Source: Pyrolobus sp.
GTDB lineage: Archaea > Thermoproteota > Thermoprotei_A > Sulfolobales > Pyrodictiaceae
Length of the DNA: 53,543 bases
NCBI GenBank assembly: GCA_015521195.1
Contig: WAOO01000125.1
Span: 1 to 53,543 of the forward strand
Direction: 5' to 3'
Shown here: in pieces, positions 47,773 through 53,543 of the stretch
Layout of the letters: each line of letters opens with the position of its first letter
Numbering within the stretch: position 1 is the first letter of the stretch
Notes under the pieces: generated by a model
What the model saw: only the letters and a program-made list of their open reading frames with translations
Told to the model about the DNA's origin: nothing
The model's database searches: none
Translations under genes and position numbers: made by a program

Positions 47773-49614
47773 CTACTCGACCGTCACGGTCTTTGCAAGG
47801 TTCCGAGGCTTGTCGGGGTCGTAACCCTGCAGGACTGCTAGATGGTAGGCGAGTAGTTGGAGTGGGGGCATTAGAGCGTAGGGCGCGGCAACCTCGTCAT
47901 AGCTTCCCACGAGCAGCTTGTAGTCTGCCGGGGCGTCGCCATACGAGTCTACACCCACCACGATTACCTTCGCACCGCGCGCCTTCATCTCCTCCATGTT
48001 CGAGTATAGCCTCTTCTCGACGCCCGGCGTCCCGACGAAAAGCACTGGGAATCCGTCCTCCACAAGTGCTATCGGGCCATGCTTGCTCTCGCCAGCCGGG
48101 TATGCCTCAGCGTGAAGGTATGCAATCTCTTTGACCTTGAGAGCTGCTTCACGGGCCAGGTGGGCGCCGAGCAGCCGGCCGAGGAGGAACATGCTACGGG
48201 TGCGTCCTCTCAGGAGTATGGATGCGAGCAGCTTGATGTGCGGGTTTAGCCTTTCTGCGCTCCTGGCAGCCTCCCTCCCCCTCCTGAGAGACTCGACGAT
48301 ACGCCCGACGTCGCCCTCGTCTAGCCTCCCCGTCTCCCTGCCTACGAGCGCCGCTAGGTAGGTGAGGGCGACTAGCTGCGTGAGGAAGGTTTTCGTCGCG
48401 GCTACCCCTATCTCGGGGCCCGCCCTGGTATACACGGTTACATCGGCTATCCTCGAGAGGGTCGACCCAACCACGTTCGTGACGGCTACTACCCTGGCGC
48501 CGCGCGCCTTCGCAGCCTTCACGGCCGCGAGTGTGTCGAGGGTCTCTCCGCTCTGGCTAACGGCTACGAGGACGTCACCCTCTCTAATGACGCTCTCGTA
48601 CTCCTCATGCTCCGAGGATATGTAATCGTAGACCGGCGTGGCTGCATAGACGTGCATGAAGTGTTTGAAGACTAGGGTTGCATGGTAGCTTGTACCCGCG
48701 CCAGTAGCGTACACCCGGCTGGCCCCGGCGAGCAGCCCGGCTGCCTCCACGGCTGCAGGGTCCTCTAGGAGGCCCACGAGTGTCTCGTAGACCGCGCGAG
48801 GCTGCTCCATTATCTCTTTGAGCATGTAGTGGGGGTAGCCGCCCTTGCTCGCCTCCTCTACGCTCCACTCCACCCTCTTGACCCTGGTCCTCCAGTCGAC
48901 GCGCCTCCCGTCGCGGTACAGTTCGAGGGTGCCGGGCCCGATGTACCCATACTCGTCGTCCTCGACTGCTACTATATCGCGGGAGATGTGGAGGAGTGAG
49001 GGTATGTCACTCGAAACCGCCGAGACGCATTCACCTATAGCCGCGTAGAGGGGGCTCTCGCGCCTCGCGAAGTAGATGCGGCCGGGGTCTCTCGCATACA
49101 GTATCGCCAGAGCGAAGCTGCCCTCCAGGAGCTTCACCAGCTCCCCCAGGGCCTCGAGCATGCCCATGCCGCTTGCGACAAGCTCCTCTAGAAGGTGCGC
49201 CACTACCTCCGTGTCGGTCTCGCTTCGGAAAACGTGACCCTTCTCCTCGAGCATCTTACGCAGACTTGCATAGTTCTTTATGATGCCGTTGTGCACCACG
49301 GCTATCTCTCCGCGGCAGTCTAGGTGGGGGTGCGCGTTCACGTCGGACGGGGGGCCGTGGGTGGCCCAACGCGTATGCCCTAGCCCGGTTAGCGCTTCGA
49401 GCTTATCCAGACCGTAGCGGGCGATAACCTCCTCCACCTTACCCTTGGCCTTGTAGACGCGGAGGCTGCAGGAGCCGTCCTCGCACACCTGGAGGGCGAC
49501 ACCCGCGCTGTCGTACCCGCGGTACTCTAGCCTGCGCAGCCCCTCGAGCAGCAGGGGGACGGCGTTCCCCCCAAGGCAGCCTCTCCTCAGGGTGACGCCT
49601 ATGATGCCGCACAC
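47773..49614 (-). CDS. glmS: glutamine--fructose-6-phosphate aminotransferase
   Basis: N-terminal (M)CGI, LEYRGYDSAG, GHTRWATHG, SQSGET, ESKHGP, PRNLAKTVTVE. Confidence 0.97.
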   Translation of the reverse strand: MCGIIGVTLRRGCLGGNAVPLLLEGLRRLEYRGYDSAGVALQVCEDGSCSLRVYKAKGKVEEVIARYGLDKLEALTGLGHTRWATHGPPSDVNAHPHLDCRGEIAVVHNGIIKNYASLRKMLEEKGHVFRSETDTEVVAHLLEELVASGMGMLEALGELVKLLEGSFALAILYARDPGRIYFARRESPLYAAIGECVSAVSSDIPSLLHISRDIVAVEDDEYGYIGPGTLELYRDGRRVDWRTRVKRVEWSVEEASKGGYPHYMLKEIMEQPRAVYETLVGLLEDPAAVEAAGLLAGASRVYATGAGTSYHATLVFKHFMHVYAATPVYDYISSEHEEYESVIREGDVLVAVSQSGETLDTLAAVKAAKARGARVVAVTNVVGSTLSRIADVTVYTRAGPEIGVAATKTFLTQLVALTYLAALVGRETGRLDEGDVGRIVESLRRGREAARSAERLNPHIKLLASILLRGRTRSMFLLGRLLGAHLAREAALKVKEIAYLHAEAYPAGESKHGPIALVEDGFPVLFVGTPGVEKRLYSNMEEMKARGAKVIVVGVDSYGDAPADYKLLVGSYDEVAAPYALMPPLQLLAYHLAVLQGYDPDKPRNLAKTVTVE

Positions 49615-49632
49615 GGCTCTATGCCAACCCCC

Positions 49633-49702
49633 GGCGGGCCGGTGATGCACTGAACCCCTGACCTGATAAAATGAAGAGCCTTCAGCGGTGCTGAGGCCCG
49701 CC
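49633..49702 (+). ncRNA. box C/D guide sRNA
   Basis: 8-bp terminal stem GGCGGGCC/GGCCCGCC; C GTGATGC, D' CTGA 49663, C' ATGAAGA, D CTGA 49691. Confidence 0.85.
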
Positions 49703-51555
49703 TACTTCTCGAGGTATACTAGCGTCGGCCTCTGGCTCAGCAGGAGTGGCGTGGCTCTCTCGACCCTCGGGTAGCCCCGCAGCTCCTCCTCGAGCATCTT
49801 CAGCAGCTCCTCCGGCTTCATCACCCTCCTCTCGTTACCCCTCCTTATCGTCACGTTCACGGTTCCCGTCTTGACCTCACGGTCTCCAACGACGCCAATA
49901 TAGGGTATCCACTCGCGCCCTGCATCCCTAATCCTCCTCCCCAGGCTCTCATCCCTATCGTCGACATCCACGCGGATGCCGCGTGAGTCTAGCATCTCGG
50001 CGATGCTCATAGCGTAGTCTAGGTGCTCGCGTCTAACCGGGATTATCCTAACCTGTATCGGCGCCATCCAAGTCGGGAGGTAGGGGGTCTTGCCCTCCTT
50101 CTCCATGCGCGCAGCGGTATCGAACACCATGTAGATGTAGCGTTCGACAGAGCCTATGAGGGCAGTGTGGATTATCACAGGGTACCTCTCCTCGTTCCTC
50201 TCGTCAACATACCTTATCCCGAAGCGCTTGGCGTTGCCTATGTCAAACTGGTACGTTGCTATCTCGCGGGGCCTCCCCGCAACATCCACAATGTGGTACT
50301 CCACGTTCACAACCCAGTAGTAGACGCCGCCTGGATAGATTGCGACCAACGCGGGTCTACCATCGCGGCGTATGAGTTTCACCAGGTCGTCGAACTTCTC
50401 CTCCAGATAGTCCTCGGTCACGTTGTAGACCGCGTAGTAGCTCCTGCCGAGTTTAGCCGCCTCCTCATGTATAACCCTCTGTATCCTCTCGGAGACCTCC
50501 AAAGCCTCGTCGAGGTCCTTGACCAGCACGTGGAGGTCTGGCATGTGGAACTTCCTGAGGCGGAAGCATAGGGTGAGCTCGCCGGTCTGCTCGAAGCGGT
50601 AGCTATCGGCCACCTCGAACATGCCGAGAGGCAGGTCACGGTAGCTTAACACCATATCCTTCATTATCGCGAACTGCTGGTGGCACGCTGCGTACCGTAA
50701 GACGAGGTGCTTCCGGTCGGCCCATAGGTCGTAGAGCCTATCCCCGAAGAGCTCCGCGTGCTCTCTGACAGCAGGGACCGCCAGGTCGAACATGTTTGTG
50801 CCGCGGACCCTGAGCACCGGGATGCCGAGCCTCTGCGCCACCATCCACGAGTACCTCGATACCGCCTCGAGTATGACGGTTGCATGCGGCTCATACCTCA
50901 TATGACCGTAGTCCGAGTAGGGCTCCCACTCGAAGCCGAACTTCCTACAGTAGCGGAGGACCGGCGTCTCAACCTCGCCCAGCTCGGCGCCCAGAGCCTC
51001 CTTCTCCACAAGCCTCTTGAACTCCTCGGGGACGCCGCCCCTCCTGATATACTCTTCGGGCTCGTACCTCTCTCCCTCCGGCGTGACGATAAGGTATCTC
51101 TTCTCAACGCGCCTCTGGCGGGTAGCCCTCGGCCTAAACTCTCTCGAGAGCTCGGCTAGAGGGTGGCCATAACAGCTGAGCTCAAACTCCTTATACCAGC
51201 CGAAGGGCGCCCTCGCTACGCTGACCCCCTTGGAGCGGAGCCTCTCCTCAAGCTTCTTCAGCGCGTCGAGCGCAACATCGGGGGGTGCGAGCCTCGAGGA
51301 GAGGTGGGCGTAAGGGTAGACTATGACGCCGGACGCCTTAACCTTGCCCATTACGTCGATTATGTCCTCCGCCGCCTGCTCCACCACATCATCAACGTTG
51401 CTCCTATCAACATCCTCCACTGTGACGAAGGCGACGAGGACGTTCTCCCCGCCACCCTCCCGTTTAACGCCATCAAGCTCCTCGTAGCCCTCACGGAGCG
51501 CCGGCTTGACCGCCCTGTAGCGGAAGCGACGCGCGTGTATCAATAGCACGCGCAG
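49702..51555 (-). CDS. thrS: threonyl-tRNA synthetase with archaeal N-terminal editing domain
   Basis: (M)RVLLIH, YPYAHLS, PFGWYK, GHPLAELSR, LRYAAC, FHMPD.H, IIH....GS.ER, W.PIQVR. Confidence 0.96.
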   Translation of the reverse strand: MRVLLIHARRFRYRAVKPALREGYEELDGVKREGGGENVLVAFVTVEDVDRSNVDDVVEQAAEDIIDVMGKVKASGVIVYPYAHLSSRLAPPDVALDALKKLEERLRSKGVSVARAPFGWYKEFELSCYGHPLAELSREFRPRATRQRRVEKRYLIVTPEGERYEPEEYIRRGGVPEEFKRLVEKEALGAELGEVETPVLRYCRKFGFEWEPYSDYGHMRYEPHATVILEAVSRYSWMVAQRLGIPVLRVRGTNMFDLAVPAVREHAELFGDRLYDLWADRKHLVLRYAACHQQFAIMKDMVLSYRDLPLGMFEVADSYRFEQTGELTLCFRLRKFHMPDLHVLVKDLDEALEVSERIQRVIHEEAAKLGRSYYAVYNVTEDYLEEKFDDLVKLIRRDGRPALVAIYPGGVYYWVVNVEYHIVDVAGRPREIATYQFDIGNAKRFGIRYVDERNEERYPVIIHTALIGSVERYIYMVFDTAARMEKEGKTPYLPTWMAPIQVRIIPVRREHLDYAMSIAEMLDSRGIRVDVDDRDESLGRRIRDAGREWIPYIGVVGDREVKTGTVNVTIRRGNERRVMKPEELLKMLEEELRGYPRVERATPLLLSQRPTLVYLEK

Positions 51556-51684
51556 TGTGCTACACCCGCACCATCATTCATACCGCTAGTTAAAAGCTAG
51601 GCCCGCCCCGACTTCGACAGGCACGAACAGAACCTGTTCACAACCCCTAGAAACGGTTTTACCCAAGCAACCATATAGTTACAT

Positions 51685-53543
51685 ATGGAACCTGCCTTGG
51701 CCGACCCGGAGCCCCAGTCACTCCCCACACGCACAACGTTCATCCCCAAGAAGCTTGAGGAGATGCGTAAGAGGGCCCTCGAGGACCCGGAGGGGTTCTT
51801 CGCCGAGATAGCCCGTGAGCTCGACTGGTTCCGCACCTGGGACAAGGTCCTCGACGATAGCAACCCACCATTCTACAGGTGGTTTGTCGGCGGCCTGATA
51901 AACGCGAGCTATAACGCCGTCGATAGGCATCTCAAGAGGGGGCTCCGGAACAAGGCGGCGATAATCTGGGAGGGTGAGGACGGCTCCTCGAAGGTGCTAA
52001 CCTACTATCAGCTCTACCGCGAGGTTAACAGGGTTGCAGCTCTCCTGGAGAACCTTGGGCTCAAGAAGGGAGACACGATAGCCTTCTACCTCCCGATGAT
52101 ACCCGAGCTGCCCATCTTCATGCTGGCTGCGGCCCGCCTCGGAATCACCTTCACCGTCGTCTTTAGCGGGTTCTCTGCGAAGGCGCTAGCCGAGAGGATA
52201 AACGACGCTAAGGCCAAGGTTCTGGTGACCGCTGATGGTGGCTTCCGCCGCGGGAGGGTCATAGAGCTGAAGAAGATTGCCGACGAGGCCCTCGAGATGG
52301 CGCCGAGCGTCGAGACCGTGATAGTAGTGAAGAACGTGACCGCCCGCGGCGCCAACATAGATGTGCCGATGACCGAGGGGCGCGACTACTGGTTCCACGA
52401 CCTGCTGCCGAGCCACGCTAAGGTAGACCCGGTCCCCGTGGAGTCAACCCACCCGCTCTTCATCCTCTACACTAGCGGCACCACCGGTAAGCCGAAGGGC
52501 GTTGTCCACAGCACGGGCGGCTACCTGGTATGGGTCTATGCGACGATGAAGTGGGTGTTCGACGTTAGGCCCGACGATGTCATGTTCTGTACGGCCGACA
52601 TAGGCTGGATAACCGGCCACAGCTACGTCGTCTTCGGCCCGCTCCTCCACGGTATAACGACCGTGATGTACGAGGGTGCGCCTGACTACCCGGCGCCCGA
52701 CCGCTGGTGGCAGATAGTCGAGAAGTATGGCGTGACCATATTCTACACCGCGCCCACGGCGATAAGGATGCTCATGAGGTACGGCGACGAGTGGGTGAAG
52801 AAGCACGACCTCTCCAGCCTCAGGCTGCTGGGCACAGTAGGCGAGCCTATCAACCCGGAGGCGTGGAAGTGGTACTATAAGGTGGTTGGCGGCGAGAGGT
52901 GCCCGATTGTAGATACATGGTGGCAGACTGAGACCGGCGGCATCATGATATCGCCGGCGCCGGGCATCCAGCTGGTGCCCCTGAAGCCCGGCAGCGCAAC
53001 ATACCCGCTGCCCGGCGTCGACGCCGACGTTGTATGCGAGGATGGTTCGAGCTGCCCGCCTGGGAAGAGGGGCTACCTGGTCATCAAGAGGCCGTGGCCC
53101 GGCATGCTGATGAGCCTATGGGGCGACCCGGAGAGGTACATCAAGGTCTACTGGTCGAGGTTCTCGAAGCCAGAGGAGGGCAAGTGGATCTACTACCCAG
53201 CTGATTATGCGATGAGGGACGAGGACGGCTACTTCTGGATACTCGGCAGGGCGGACGAGGTCATCAAGGTCGCCGGTCATAGGCTCGGCACAGCCGAGAT
53301 AGAGAGCGCCCTGGTGAGCCACCCGGCTGTGGCGGAGGCCGCTGTGATCGGCAAACCCGACCCGGTTAAAGGCGAGGTGCCGGTCGCGTTCGTAGTGCTG
53401 AGGAAGGGTTACACTCCGAGCGACGAGCTGAGACACGAGCTGGTCGAGCACGTGCGGAAGACTCTGGGCCCGATAGCGACGCCAGCAGCGATATTCTTCG
53501 TCGAGAAGCTGCCGAAGACTAGGAGCGGCAAGATAATGAGGAG
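51685..53543 (+). CDS. acs: acetyl-CoA synthetase (AMP-forming), 3' end runs off the window
   Basis: Manual translation: [63 protein letters not shown]. Confidence 0.96.
   Translation, partial: MEPALADPEPQSLPTRTTFIPKKLEEMRKRALEDPEGFFAEIARELDWFRTWDKVLDDSNPPFYRWFVGGLINASYNAVDRHLKRGLRNKAAIIWEGEDGSSKVLTYYQLYREVNRVAALLENLGLKKGDTIAFYLPMIPELPIFMLAAARLGITFTVVFSGFSAKALAERINDAKAKVLVTADGGFRRGRVIELKKIADEALEMAPSVETVIVVKNVTARGANIDVPMTEGRDYWFHDLLPSHAKVDPVPVESTHPLFILYTSGTTGKPKGVVHSTGGYLVWVYATMKWVFDVRPDDVMFCTADIGWITGHSYVVFGPLLHGITTVMYEGAPDYPAPDRWWQIVEKYGVTIFYTAPTAIRMLMRYGDEWVKKHDLSSLRLLGTVGEPINPEAWKWYYKVVGGERCPIVDTWWQTETGGIMISPAPGIQLVPLKPGSATYPLPGVDADVVCEDGSSCPPGKRGYLVIKRPWPGMLMSLWGDPERYIKVYWSRFSKPEEGKWIYYPADYAMRDEDGYFWILGRADEVIKVAGHRLGTAEIESALVSHPAVAEAAVIGKPDPVKGEVPVAFVVLRKGYTPSDELRHELVEHVRKTLGPIATPAAIFFVEKLPKTRSGKIMR

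Noticed and set aside
1-53543. tRNA, rRNA, CRISPR array, IS/integrase, inteins
   Set aside because: No cloverleaf, regularly spaced repeat or transposase motif seen; cdc6, topA and the synthetases have normal lengths

Overview
GC-rich (about 60-65% by eye) chromosomal segment of a hyperthermophilic crenarchaeon. Gene content (Cren7-like protein, Urm1/SAMP beside thermosome and rpS17e, type IA topoisomerase, C/D guide RNAs) points to Desulfurococcales, probably Pyrodictiaceae-like; this taxonomy is inferred. The window is densely packed with housekeeping genes: tmcA/Nat10 (partial), ino1, feoB, pheT, an RbgA-type GTPase, cdc6, moaC, nth, eno, trkA, topA, rpoK, thermosome, rio1-aIF1A-nmd3, the L39e-L31e-aIF6-LX-pfdA-ftsY-secE-spt5-L11-L1-L10 cluster, alaS, glmS, thrS and acs (partial). 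I saw no tRNA, rRNA, CRISPR array or IS. The most notable items are: (1) a non-C/D K-turn hairpin RNA candidate with a 16-nt antisense match to 16S rRNA and an ACA tail (33824-33888), plus a look-alike hairpin at 6040-6113; (2) a stand-alone nurA-herA operon without mre11/rad50, in which HerA carries a C-terminal SWIM finger and is coupled to an FkbM methyltransferase; (3) a Urm1/SAMP homologue ending in -HPG instead of -GG; (4) four genes that apparently start at CTG; (5) four C/D box sRNAs; (6) a DtxR-type palindrome at the feoB promoter. rRNA target assignments come from remembered conserved rRNA sequence and need alignment to confirm.
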